Source: Octopus sinensis (Eukaryota). Taken from it: a stretch of DNA of 64,000 nucleotides. How positions within the stretch are numbered: position 1 is the first letter of the stretch; every line of letters starts with the position of its first letter. The translations under genes were made by a program, and so were the position numbers. The notes beneath the pieces were generated by a model. The model did not search any database and was not told the origin of the DNA. It saw only the letters and a list, made by a program, of their open reading frames with translations. Below, one piece after another: positions 26,219 to 39,019 of this stretch. The DNA lies in assembly GCF_006345805.1 (NCBI RefSeq), contig NC_043005.1:104966001-105030000 (forward strand), written 5' to 3'.

Positions 26219-26917
26219 GTATATAATTAGAATCGGAATTATTTCTTTTTTCTTCTTATTCTTATATGGACGCCCATCTCAATTTGATAAATTCGTACAA
26301 GCAAAAACTTACAGTTTTGGCATACATACACATATAAAAACATTTAATAAACTCTCACATACACATACATACACGTTTGGAATCACATGCATTAAAACTT
26401 TTTTTTTTTCACCATAAACTTCTCCCAGCCCACATCACAACTCCTTAAATGTTTCGTCAGCCCAAACCTCAAACCTCGTACTCCACACGAATATTGACAA
26501 ACTTCAGCGAACTCTCCACTTTGCTGGCTGCGATATGAAGAGGGGAAATTACATCAGCCATGCTGAATCTACAGAAGCAAAATGGCGCCCAACTGAAAAT
26601 TTAATCAAATTGACAATTTCCCCTTTTGTTGACATTTTATGCATGTAGTCACAGATTACTCTGGCTGGTTGTCAGTTTCTCTGATAGAAAAATTAAACAA
26701 GTAAACACATCAATGCTGAAGAAGGAAAAACAATTTCGTCTTTCTTTTCTTTCTTAAAATTTTATCGTTACAATATATAATATCTATATCTATATTTAGA
26801 AAATAATATATATATATAAATATTTATATATATATATATATATATATACATACATACATATATAATATATATATATAATATATATATATAATATATACAT
26901 ACATAACATATATATAT

Positions 26918-26948
<31 letters not shown>

Positions 26949-27017
26949 ATATATACATATATACATATATATGTACAAATATATATATATATATATAATA
27001 TACATACACAAACACAC

Positions 27018-27086
<69 letters not shown>

Positions 27087-27434
27087 GATATATATACAAA
27101 TGTGTGTGTGTGCGTGTGTAATTTCTCCACTGTTCCATTTCATTCATTTTTGATAGTCTTTTATTTATTTTCGAAATTCACATATGGATGCGTCTACACA
27201 GAAACAATATGCAACTCTAAACAGCAAAGTAAGGCAAAGTATTAAGTCTTTTACAACTCTCATTTGTACATATTTTCACTCTGCTTTTGCTATTCAAACT
27301 GTTTGTTATTTTCTTTTTATTTGTTGAGCGTATTATTTTCTGTATAATATTGCAGTTGCTCTTGTTCTTGTCATCATCGTCATCGTCGTCGTTGTTGATA
27401 TTATTATTATTACTATTACTATCAGTATTATTAC

Positions 27435-27507
<73 letters not shown>

Positions 27508-27546
27508 GTCATTATCATCATCATCATCATCATCATTATTATTATA

Positions 27547-27603
<57 letters not shown>

Positions 27604-27646
27604 GTCATCATCATCATCATCATCATTATTATTATTATTATTATTG

Positions 27647-27677
<31 letters not shown>

Positions 27678-27862
27678 TATTATTATTATTATTACTTTTT
27701 TTTTCTTCTTTCAAATTTGCTTCCATTTCTTGCCGAGTGTCTTCCCGACTCCTAGGGCAAAGAAACTCATAGTATACATTAGTAGGCCATTAAACCAAAC
27801 TCAATAGTTCGTTCATTTAAAAAATTTTTTTTTAAAGTTTATTATTATTATTATTATTATTA

Positions 27863-27900
<38 letters not shown>

Positions 27901-27967
27901 GTCATCACCATCATCATCATCATTATTATTATTATTATTATTATCATTATTATTATTATCATCATCA

Positions 27968-28001
<34 letters not shown>

Positions 28002-28012
28002 CATCATCATCA

Positions 28013-28070
<58 letters not shown>

Positions 28071-28358
28071 GTGCTTTTGATTTTCAGAGTTTCATTTATT
28101 TCTTTATACGTTCATTCATTTACATTTATTCTTTGTTTTCGCTTGTTGTAGCTGTTGTGATTGTTTATAAGTACGGTGCTTACATATTATACTTCCAGAT
28201 CAATAGATAATGAACGAACTATACACTCTCCTACATACTTACGTACATATATATGACTACAACGCGCGTAGCACGCACACACACACGCACACATGTACAC
28301 ATGTACATCTGCATACCATGGCACATACCTCTCACTGTCTCTCATCCACTCTCCCAAC

Positions 28359-28390
<32 letters not shown>

Positions 28391-28395
28391 GTATA

Positions 28396-28429
<34 letters not shown>

Positions 28430-29689
28430 ATATACAAAGCATGTATGTATGCAAATGCATACATCTACATAAAATTCATATAAATTTCAATGTGATATCT
28501 AAAAACTAACGCACATACCTACATCATCAACTGCAAATATATACATAAATGCATATACATATACATACATACCCATACACACATACACATGCATACATAC
28601 CCATACACATGCATAAACACACACACATATGTATGTATGTATATTTTGCAGGCTTATTTTTCGGTTAAAACAAAGTTCTAAACCACCACTCACAGGGGAA
28701 TAAATATTGAAAACGTATTTTAAATTACACGAAAAGCAAATTGACTATAAAGTGGTGTCCTTTCTTTAAAATTAATAAGATTTCAATAGACAGATTCATT
28801 TGTATTTCAACAGGTAAATAATGGCTGAACACTTGTTGTCAGGACAACACGAAACACAAATCAATACGGTGGTTGCTCAGCCGACCAAATATAACAGCTA
28901 AATCATATTTTACCTTCTATGAAATATAAAAAGATACACTGTTTAATATAATCTTTGGTATACTATGTATGGCTACGGTACAAGCAGTTTATGTCTTGGA
29001 ATTCTTTGAATAGAAGTCTACTGGATGAAAACAATCATGAAGTCAAAAAACAACAACAACAATAACAACAGCAACAACAAAAACACACCAGCAGCAACAG
29101 TAAAAATAACAAGACGGAATCTTTTGCCTTGACAAAATGTTTCGCGATTGTATAGTGTAGAAATTAGTTGATTGATTGCGTGTAGCCCATCTCAATTTCT
29201 GAAAGCTAACACATATAATATATACGTTAAGACATATTATTTATGCTAAGACATATCATATATGTGTCATCTCAAATATGGTAGATTGTTCGAATCGTTA
29301 GGGCAACGGAGAAAAAGACTTTATTGTATGTTGTTATACCTTTATCTCTTCTGGGTTCAGATCCCGTGTTGATTATGCTTGTCTCTCACTCCTCTTGAGT
29401 CGATAATGGATTCTAATAGCCATGCCGATTTATCGACTTTATATGCATGTGTCAGCCCTTCCTGTTTGTTTTCACTGTCCTGTTTGTGTTACCAATTTTG
29501 TTTCTCCGTAAAATCCCAAATTTTATTTAATTTGCTTTGCGAGAGAAACTGTTTTATTGAAAGCGTATATATAGTTGTTAAATGCTCGAAATACGAAACT
29601 AGAAAAACAGCGTCTAGTAATATTTTACATGTACCACGTCTCTTCGTTGTTGTTTTTTTTGTGTTTGTTCTTCATATTTTCGGATCTAC

Positions 29690-29772
<83 letters not shown>

Positions 29773-29827
29773 TACATACATAGATACATACACATATATA
29801 CACACACACACATATATATATATATAT

Positions 29828-30861
29828 ACTAGCATTAAAGACCCGTCATTGCCGGGTCATAGTGCTAGTGCATGTATATATGTGTATATATATGTGTACA
29901 TATTACATGTACATCTATATATATATACATCTACACATAAAATACAAAATACAAAGTTATATCTTGATATCGCTAGTGATAACAATATTCAAAATATATA
30001 AGAGACTGGAATTGTTAGCCCGTCTCTTGTAATTTCGATCAATTGTATCTTGTCCTCCCTCTTGTATAGAAGTGTGGCTACAATCCAGCCTACCTCTACT
30101 TCGGGGGCGGGGGGCCATTTTAAATTTTTTTTCCGGGACGTCCTATGTCCCAGATATAAAGGTAAAAATAAAATATTTCCCCTTTGCAAGTTCGAGTCGA
30201 GTACTCCCTTGCACGCTCCGTTGACTCGAACCTTGCTTCTATTGTGGCGAATTTACCGCCTCTGATTCCTTTCATAGTCGCACCAAGACACTTTTCGAAG
30301 GTGCTTTCCTCCATGTGTTCAAATCTTTTTTCTCTACATTGTATACTTTATAGACAATAGTCTTTTCTTTAATTTATTATTTTTTTTTTATCCGTCTGGA
30401 CTATTCCATTTCTGCACGCTAATTTTATTTTTAATTTATTCCCATTCATGTGAAACCACTTATTCAACTTCAAGTCATTGATGCAATTTTATACCAATTG
30501 CTATTTTTGCTTTTGTCATGTTACGATTATATTATACTTTAGTTTGATTTTAATTATTACTTACTACATATAATTCAATTGTTATTATTATTTTTATTGT
30601 TAAAGTGAAAGTATCTGGCATAAAATAGAGAAACGTTTTTGTTTCCCTTTTAACACGTAATACTGAAATAGTGGAGAAGATATGATATTGCTATGGGCTC
30701 GCTCTAGGCAAGAAGTTGAACATTTTTTTTGCCCATGAAACTACATGGATCCTAAGTAAGACATGTGTAAAAGTTGAATGAAATTGGTTGTGTAGTTCTC
30801 AAGTTTTAGGGAAACACACAGACAGACAGACACACATTCTCAGTTTTATATATATAAAGAT
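29828..30861 (+). mobile_element. Non-autonomous Helentron/Helitron-like element (HINE/DINE-1-type)
   Basis: 5' ACTAGCA..GACCCG..CGGGTC..TGCTAGT hairpin; 3' end TGTGTAAAAGTTGAATGAAATTGG..(ACAG)n..CAGTTTTATATATATAAAGAT; inserted in a TA-rich site. Confidence 0.65.
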
Positions 30862-31419
30862 ATATATATATATATGTGTGTGTGTGTGTATGTGTGTATG
30901 TATATATATATATATATTGTTGTGTCTGGGGAGAGTCATTCTCTTTTAGTGCCTTATTATTTAGCACACTCACCGGTAAAGTTTCCACTCATTTACTTAC
31001 TTATTTTATCTAAAATTTACGTTGCCTATTGCAGCATTTTCAACGACTATTGAAAAGGTTGGAAACTGAAAGGCTCCGATTTCCAGTACTCGGCGATGCT
31101 AATTTCCTATTATTAGCGGGTAAACCGAGCGTGGTTGTCATTTGAATATCCACAGTCTGGATATTTGTTGTAAATATGAAATAAAATTTTGAAGAAAACT
31201 TTTATCATTCTCTACTTTTGTAAAAAATCTTTGTAAACATGAGCGAAAGCAGCTGCTTCAAGCTCACCCATTTTATTTCATTATTAGTTCTAGTGGCAAT
31301 ATTATTATAAACGTCATAAACAAGAACCATATAAACTTCGACAAAGCCGTAACACAATTCTTGTCAGGGCTGATAAATGAATGTTTATGCTTGTAACAAC
31401 GGTTTTTGAATGTGAGTCT

Positions 31420-31647
31420 CACTTCCCAGTATATCTTTACGTTGATCACGTAAAAAGATACCTTGATAAATTCTTTGCCATGAAACCACCTCAATTCTGG
31501 GAAGAGGATATTTTCAAGTTAAAGGAAAGATGGAGACGCATTGTGCAACAAAATGGTTCATATTTGGTTGATTAAAAATGTAAAGCATGTATTTATTGAC
31601 CTTTTTCTTTCTTTTAAAAATCGGCACGAACTTTCTGGGCAACCCAA
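31420..31647 (+). mobile_element. 3' fragment of a mariner (DD34D) transposon with its right TIR
   Basis: KRYLDKFFAMKPPQFWEEDIFKLKERWRRIVQQNGSYLVD* is a typical mariner C-terminus; TIR AAAATCGGCACGAACTTTCTGGGCAACCCAA followed by TA. Confidence 0.85.
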
Positions 31648-33240
31648 TATTTTAGTATCAAATCCACAAGAACCGGGGAGGTTTCTTTGAGCAACTGGCA
31701 AGTGGGCCCATGCCTTAAAGGGTACTACAGACAATAGATTCTGCTGGAAGAACCCCAGGGGAGTTTCATATACGTAAGATACCTTTGCATTAATATCTCA
31801 CTCAATAAAGTGATATTAGATTAATGCCACCATATTACGGGATGGCATCATTCGAAATCTAAAACGATGCTAAAGAGTGTTGGGACCAACGATGTATAAC
31901 AACATCCGATAGTCTTGAGGACCATGTAATCACGGGATACACAAAACACACACACAGGTAATTGGCAAAATATGCCTATATGTATGAGTATGCTTATGCA
32001 TGTGTGTGTGTGTGCTCATGCGTGTTGTATGTGTGTGTGTGTGCTCATGCGTATTGTATGTGTGTGTGTGTGCTCATGCGTATTGTATGTGTGTGTGTGT
32101 GCTCATGCGTATTGTATGTGTGTGTTTGGAGGGTAAAAAATCTTATCAGGATTTTCATCCATGTCTATCAGAATTATATTCCAAGATTTACATACATGCG
32201 TGCGCGCAACCTCATGCAAGTGCATGCCATATTTCACCTGTCCGTCAACTCCAAGAGCCGTCCTGACTCAAACAAAAGGTACTTATTTCGTTAGTGGTGG
32301 GCTTGAATTCTGCATAGGAAATACTTAAATAAATTCCAAAATTCATTCACACATACATACGCACATACATACATACATACATACATACATACATGCATGC
32401 ATGCATACATACACACATACATACATACACACATACATACATACATACATACATACCTACATACATACGTACGTACGTATGTACATACATACATACGTAC
32501 CTACCTTCATGCATTGTTCTACGTACGTACATGCAAACATGCACGCATACTTACATAGGTACAAATGTATATGCACACACATAGACACAAACACAAACAC
32601 ACCCACACACACATGCTGCGCTTCGTGAAGTTTTACTAAAGTCACTGGTCAGTCAATTTGAAAGAGAATAACAATGGAAGTTAATGGTGGAAGAGTAATA
32701 TAAAAAGTGATGGGGATGGTGGTGGTGGTGGTGGTGGGAAGAGGATCCAACATGACAATGGATGATGATGGGGGGAGGTAATGTCGGGTGAAGGTCATGT
32801 ATGAGTCGGCGTAGTGACAGAGGCGCCGTTGTGTGTTACTGGGGATTGGAGGCGGGAGCAGGGGTGTCAGTAAGGAAATGGAAATATATGGTAGGTGTGT
32901 AGGGTGGGAAGGAAAAAACGGGAGGGGTAAGAGGTATGGGTCCTTACAAAGGTTTCTCTTGGAATCAGAACCAAGCTTATTGACCTACATTCCAATCTCG
33001 TGGTTTTTAAAAGTTTAAATTCTGTGTGTGTGTATGTGTCTAAAAGTGTGTATCTGTACTTTGTATCCAGTATGTATAGTCACATATAAATTGTAATATA
33101 TATATATGTGTATATATATATGTGTGTGTGTGTGTCTGTGTGTGTATGTATATCTATATGTATATCTATATATATATTCTATCTATCTATCTATCACTAT
33201 ATATATTATAATATATTATATATTATATATATTATATATA

Positions 33241-33748
33241 TTTATAAAAACGGTAAGATAACAAATGAAAGAAAGAGACCTCAATATTATGGAAATAGAG
33301 GAAATTTATCTATACAATAATATGTTACATTACTCGATAGTCAAGATAAAACTCTGAGTTTCAGATGCCGGAGTGGAAATCCACAACACCATCTCTTCGG
33401 TTATCTGGCTATTTGAAAACGCTATGAAAAAATACCGTTAAATAAAGGGAAATTACTGTGTTATAACTCTGCTCGCATTTTTCGTCATAAAAATTAAAAA
33501 TTTCTATGTATTTTTTATATATTTTTTATATATTTTTTATGTATTTTTATATAATTTTTATGACGAAAAATGCGAGCGATGTATAAGTACGCAGGCAAGC
33601 AGAGTTATAACACAGTAATTTCCCTTTATTTAACGGTATTTTTTCATAGCGTTTTCAAATAGCCAGATAACCGAAGAGATGGTGTTGTGGATTTCCACTC
33701 CGGCATCTGAAACTCAGAGTTTTATCTTGACTATCGAGTAATGTAACA
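33241..33748. mobile_element. Penelope-type terminal-repeat foldback: perfect 151-bp inverted arms plus a 23-bp inner stem
   Basis: 33323-33473 equals the reverse complement of 33598-33748 (151/151); 33474-33496 pairs with 33552-33574; 55-nt AT-rich loop; left copy continues to (TA)n near 33241. Confidence 0.85.
33659..33734 (+). ncRNA. Type I hammerhead ribozyme-like fold (mirror copy on the minus strand at 33337-33412)
   Basis: Helix I AUAG-CC-AGAUAA / UUAUCU-UGA-CUAU; core CCGAAGA (U4C); helix II GAUG/CAUC; GAAA; palindromic helix III ACUC-A-GAGU; GUU triplet. Confidence 0.65.
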
Positions 33749-33995
33749 GAGCAAAGCACTTTATTTCACGTTGCTCCAGTTCACTCAGCTGTAGAAATGA
33801 GCTGCGACGTCACTGGTGCCAAGCTGTATCGACCTTTGTCTTTCCCTTGGAAAACACTGGTGGCGTGGAGAGGGGAGGCTGGTATGCATGGGCGACTGCT
33901 GGTCTTCCATAAACAACCTTGCCCGGACTTGTATCTAGGAGGGTAACTTTCTAGGTGCAATCCCATGGTCATTCATAACCGAAGGGGGTCTTTTT
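33749..33995 (+). mobile_element. Headless body of a third SINE family
   Basis: GAGCAAAGCACTTTATTTCACGTTGCTCCAGTTCACTCAGCTG...GGCGACTGCTGGTCTTCC...CCGAAGGGGGTCTTTT; no tRNA head upstream. Confidence 0.6.
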
Positions 33996-34831
33996 ATATA
34001 TAAATAGGCTATTATTTCCATGCTGGCTATTTGATAAGTTCGTTATTTTAATTTAAATTAATGATCTTATTCGTATTTATATAAATTTAAATTCATTTCA
34101 TCACCGTATTTACTGCAGTGATATTTTAACCATGTCGCACATGCAATTAGCGGGCATTTTGAACAATATATATGTTAAACTACAAACATGTGTATACTTG
34201 TGTGTATGCATGTATGTTTGTGTGTTTACTGGTTATTGACATTGAGGTGGCCAGGCGGGACAATTTTCAGGAAAGTGAACACAGAATTGATGCATTTATT
34301 TGGAGAACAGCTCGTCCATTTCAATTAGTAATTGAAACGGTCGAGAGCTCTCCCTTATCGTTTCACTCCAAGTAAATATACATGTGTGTAGAAACCTAAT
34401 GAATAATACTGCTACAATATTATGTAGCTTTTATTTCTTTGTATTCGTTAAAAAAATACGTTTTCCTCGCACCATATTTCAAATATATTAAAACTAGTCG
34501 ATTTCATTTCTTTATTTTCCTATTTTGCAAATTAATGTGTGTTTTCCAGTAAAAGTGGCCTACATTGGCGACAACGGGTTAAAAGTGTTAGATCTTATAA
34601 ACATTTCATATACTTGGTTGTATACTATGGCTACAAAACAAAATACGGTGTCCCTTCTAGCAATTAATACGTATGTACCAACTGCCATCAATGTGTTTGA
34701 TATGCAAATTGGTCTCCCGAATTGTGTTACACAGCCAAGGTTTGTGGCTGTTTAAGCCATGTATTCGTGGATAGTTAATAAGCTGGATGTGGAGCTGTAG
34801 AAGGAACATTATCTTCTAACATAAGCATATA

Positions 34832-35236
34832 AGCACAGGAGTGGCTGTGTGGTAAGTAGCTTGCTAACCAACCACATGGTTCGGGGTTCAGTCCCACTGC
34901 GTGGCATCTTGGGCAAGTGTCTTCTGCTATAGCCCCGGGCCGACCAATGCCTTGTGAGTGGATTTGGTAGACGGAAACTGATAGAAGCCTGTCGTATATA
35001 GGTATATATATATATATGTATGTGTATGTGTTTGTGTGTCTGTGTTTGTCCCCCTAATATTGCTTCACAACCGATGGTGGTGTGTTTATGTCCCCATCAT
35101 TTAGCGGTTCGGCAAAAGAGACCGATAGAATAAGTACTGGGCTTACAAAGAATAAGTCCCGGAGACGATTTGCTCGACTAAAGGTGGTGCTCCAGCATGG
35201 CCGCAGTCAAATGACTGAAACATGTAAAAAAAGAAT
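34832..35236 (+). mobile_element. Full-length, young tRNA-derived SINE family 1
   Basis: GTGGCTGTGTGG A-box-like, GGTTCAGTCCC B-box-like, CTTGGGCAAGTGTCTT, internal microsatellite, CAGCATGGCCGCAGTCAAATGACTGAAAC tail. Confidence 0.92.
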
Positions 35237-35492
35237 ATATACACCCATTTTATCTATTTTAAAAAAATTTTCGATCACATTATGTACATAGATATATTCG
35301 GATATCAAAATCATAACTTTCAGTGCGAGCTCTATATTCTATAGAGAATCTGTAGTGTTAGCTTGGAAATGAAAGCACCGCTAGCAGAAAAGTAGGACAC
35401 GGCATTGACATAAACTTTTAATATACTTGGCAGTATATTATGGTGGCAAAACGAAATACGGTGTTCCTACCAGCAGTTAAAAAATATATGTG

Positions 35493-35523
<31 letters not shown>

Positions 35524-35537
35524 TATTTTTTAACTTA

Positions 35538-35654
35538 AACAAGAATACTATTGACAGTGACTTCGAAGTTTCGGCTAGTTAAACGATCATTGCGCAGCCT
35601 GACGATGGTTTAACTGGCCTAAATTTCGAAGTCACTGTTAGTAATATTCTTGTT
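35538..35654. repeat. Foldback with 51-bp arms carrying decayed hammerhead motifs
   Basis: 35538-35588 versus the reverse complement of 35604-35654: 44/51; plus strand CUGACGA-U-GG..CC-UAAA-UUUCGAAGUC-ACUG; the left arm read on the minus strand keeps GAAA-CUUCGAAGUC. Confidence 0.75.
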
Positions 35655-35755
35655 CACGAATAATAAATTCTTAGTTTACAAAAGTATAGAGTAAGCCATC
35701 AGTTCACGTAAAATTGTTTTTATTACAACTGGACATAAAAGCAAACATTAACATA

Positions 35756-35800
<45 letters not shown>

Positions 35801-36017
35801 TGTATATATGTGTGTGTGTGTGTATGTTTGTATATATATATATAGAGAGAGAGAGAGAAAGAGGGAGAGAGAAAGCGGGAGAGAAATATAGCAAATCAAA
35901 AACAAAACTCAATAAGAGCACGAGTCCAAGGGAAGTTCACAGTTAATACTATTAGGTTGATGACATGACATCCAAAGTAGGAAAGAAAATTTATAAAGCG
36001 GAAATTATAGAATGAAA

Positions 36018-36052
36018 ATGTTACGTTTCGGATATAAACCTTCGTCGGACAC
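36018..36052 (-). ncRNA. Minimal hammerhead-like motif in a Penelope-type terminus
   Basis: GUGU-CCGACGA-A-GG UUUAUAU CC-GAAAC-GUA-ACAU; helix I 4 bp, palindromic ACGU helix III, U4C core change. Confidence 0.55.
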
Positions 36053-36661
36053 GAAGGGAAATAACCAGGGAAGGGGAGAAAACTGGAGAAAAATGTGCAT
36101 CAGGAAAAATGCAAGTGAGTAATTCACGCACGCGCACACACACAAACACATATATATAGATATACTCGCACATATACATACAAGTGAGTAAAACAAGACA
36201 AAGTTGGATTTAAAACATTCGGCTGGAGTTAGATGTATTCAGTGATATTTTCGTTTGCCTCCACATGACTTAAAGTTTCTTGGGCTCATAGGACCCATTC
36301 GTCTCATCAGATGACTCTCCTTCCGAGCATTTTATTTGATAGACGTCTCCTGTGTCCTGTGAGCCTACGAAACATTAAGTCACGTGAAATTCAGTTAAAT
36401 TATTATCAAAGACATCGCACAGTATTCAATATTGTGAGGTTGTTGATTGAAGATATTGTGTCAACCGGGGGTTTGTACCGTTTGTCAAGTCACAACAAGG
36501 ACCTCAGATAGACTGTGCCTTACACAATATGCGTGCAGTTTCAAGTAATGCCGACTTTTGCAATAAGTCTAGATTGTTAGGTATCATGATTATTATTGTT
36601 GTTGTTGTTGTTGTTGTTGCTATCGTCATCCTCATCATCATCACCATCAGCATCAGCATCA

Positions 36662-37225
36662 TTGAGTGAGAGAGCAGTGCATGCCATCAAAGTGACACTG
36701 GGGTAAAATATACGAAGTTCAGTATACCCATCATGACTACCCGTCTCATAAGGGTTCACTAGGTACATGCACCACAACCATATTTGCGCGACATGGTGAT
36801 CTCATATCAAAATAAACAGCACATGACCTTGCAGGTGGGGCCCACTTAGAATTTTCTTCTGGTCGGGTAACCCATCCCGCTCAAAAGGGTTGTTTATGGA
36901 TGTTGAACGAAGCACCCATGTTTCCAGAGGTGAATTATTCAAACCCCAAAGAATTCCTCTGAACACATGGCTATGATGCTCCCCCACTACTTCTGCTATA
37001 TCTATCCAATATAACCTAATAATCTAACATATATATTCATAATATATCTAAAATAGGTCGAATTAAAAAAGGGACATGCTCAACTAGTTAACGTCAGACA
37101 ACTGATAAGCAAATCTGTTGTATTGAGCAGAATATTTGCTGTAGCCCATCTTTTATACCAAGACAAAACAATGTACATGATAACACTACCAATCAGTTAA
37201 GATCAGAAGCCACTGCCTGGTACTG
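36662..37225 (-). mobile_element. Second copy of the retroposon family at 20160
   Basis: Colinear with 20160-20585 over about 400 bp, with one internal insertion. Confidence 0.75.
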
Positions 37226-37285
<60 letters not shown>

Positions 37286-37287
37286 CA

Positions 37288-37324
<37 letters not shown>

Positions 37325-37329
37325 CATCG

Positions 37330-37401
<72 letters not shown>

Positions 37402-38535
37402 TTACTGTCATCAATTAAATGTCATTTCATTATTTCTATATATATTGCAGAAGAATTAGGTTAATCTAGCAGTGATTGTTTCTAACCGTCTAATTACTTT
37501 AAAGTATTTCGTTTTGAATATCTATGTTCTGATTTATAAGATCAATCGGTATTTAGTCTTTTATATCTTCACAATCGATAAATTGATAACCAATAATAAA
37601 ATGACATCGATTAAATCAAAATATAAGTTCTAAAAGTTTCCCACATAAAACGAAAGATGCTTAACACGGTTTCAGTGTCACATTTTGTACATTAAAATGG
37701 CGCCATTCTGGGTTTTTTTTCTTTTATTAACATTTTATTTATCGAGTCAGCAATGTTAACTTCAACTGACTTAATACTTAATATATTGTAAATGTCCCAG
37801 TTGGTATTTACCGATGTTCTCACCACAAACATTCTAGAAAAATCATCGATCGCTTTCGTCACAAAATGTACACCATATGAATACACGACGGTGAGCAGTG
37901 TTCAGTAACTAACTTTACTGAAGTAATATTAAGTTCATGTCAACAAGCATGAACACAACAACAACGACAACATCAAACACAATAACAGCAACAAGAACTG
38001 TAACAATAACAACGACGGTACCACTTGTATCATCGTCTTCTCCCCCGGACCCTTTATTCTTTTCTTAACTTGTGACCTCGAATCAAATTGTAACTGACCA
38101 ATAGTAGAGATCGCTGGACTTAGACTTGCCCTATTCTGGACCATAGGTGCGATTCTCGGTAATATTTCTGTGAGTACACTTTCTTAGGCACCCTACAGTA
38201 ATGTTTTAGATAAATTTTACTCGAGTTTACTTCGTTAGCATTGGTACTGCCCTTTGATAATCATGCTAGTAAGTTCCCTTGCATTATTTTTTTGATAACT
38301 TCTTTTCATAAACTTTTCATAAACTTTTAAAATCTTGTCCCCATTCCTTAAATTGAAACTACTCTTAAAAAGATTTTAGTATTCCCTAGACCATTACTTG
38401 CTCACTCTTTTATCTACGTAGCCCCAAGATTGTAGAGTATATGCTTTTAATATATTGGACTTCTAGACTTGTTTTCTAGGCCATGTTTTCTTTCCTATTC
38501 CTTCTTCCTTTTATTTATATTGGATGCTCTTGTTT

Positions 38536-38647
38536 TTTACGCTGATGAAGCTCCGTGCCTTAATCCGAATGTCCTATGAAGAAGAATTTTATTTTCGCAA
38601 TTATTTATAGACAGCGTATGGTAACGGATGCGGAAACGGCCCTAAGA
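38536..38647 (+). ncRNA. Hammerhead-like motif with a ~70-nt insertion in helix II
   Basis: UUUACG-CUGAUGA-A-GCUCCGU...ACGGAUGC-G-GAAAC-GGC-CCUAAG; the cleavage triplet is not NUH as it stands. Confidence 0.4.
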
Positions 38648-38972
38648 TTTGTTACGTCACCTACTTGTTACGTCATGCTTTGTATTAAAACAAAAATGTG
38701 GTCCCATGGATGTCTTTGTTAATCTGAGGTTTTCTCCATTTTTCTGATAATTTGTATTTGTTTCCTGATAAACCTTTGTTCATCCTGTTATTACCTGCAC
38801 TCTACGTGCATAGTGTGCCTGCACAACAATGCCCGGGGATAACACGGGTAACGGATACCGATAGTACATATGGATATTTTATCTCTTAGTCGGTTACTAT
38901 AACCGCAAACTTTGTTTACACAACATATATATATATAAATATATGTATATGTATATATATATCTATCTATCT

Positions 38973-39016
<44 letters not shown>

Positions 39017-39019
<3 letters not shown>

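Noticed and set aside
32003-32120. CRISPR-like array of 30-bp repeats
   Set aside because: Head-to-tail tandem units with no unique spacers, eukaryotic context, no cas genes.
34832-34900. tRNA gene
   Set aside because: The A/B boxes belong to SINE heads; no cloverleaf or acceptor stem, and the sequence continues into SINE body.
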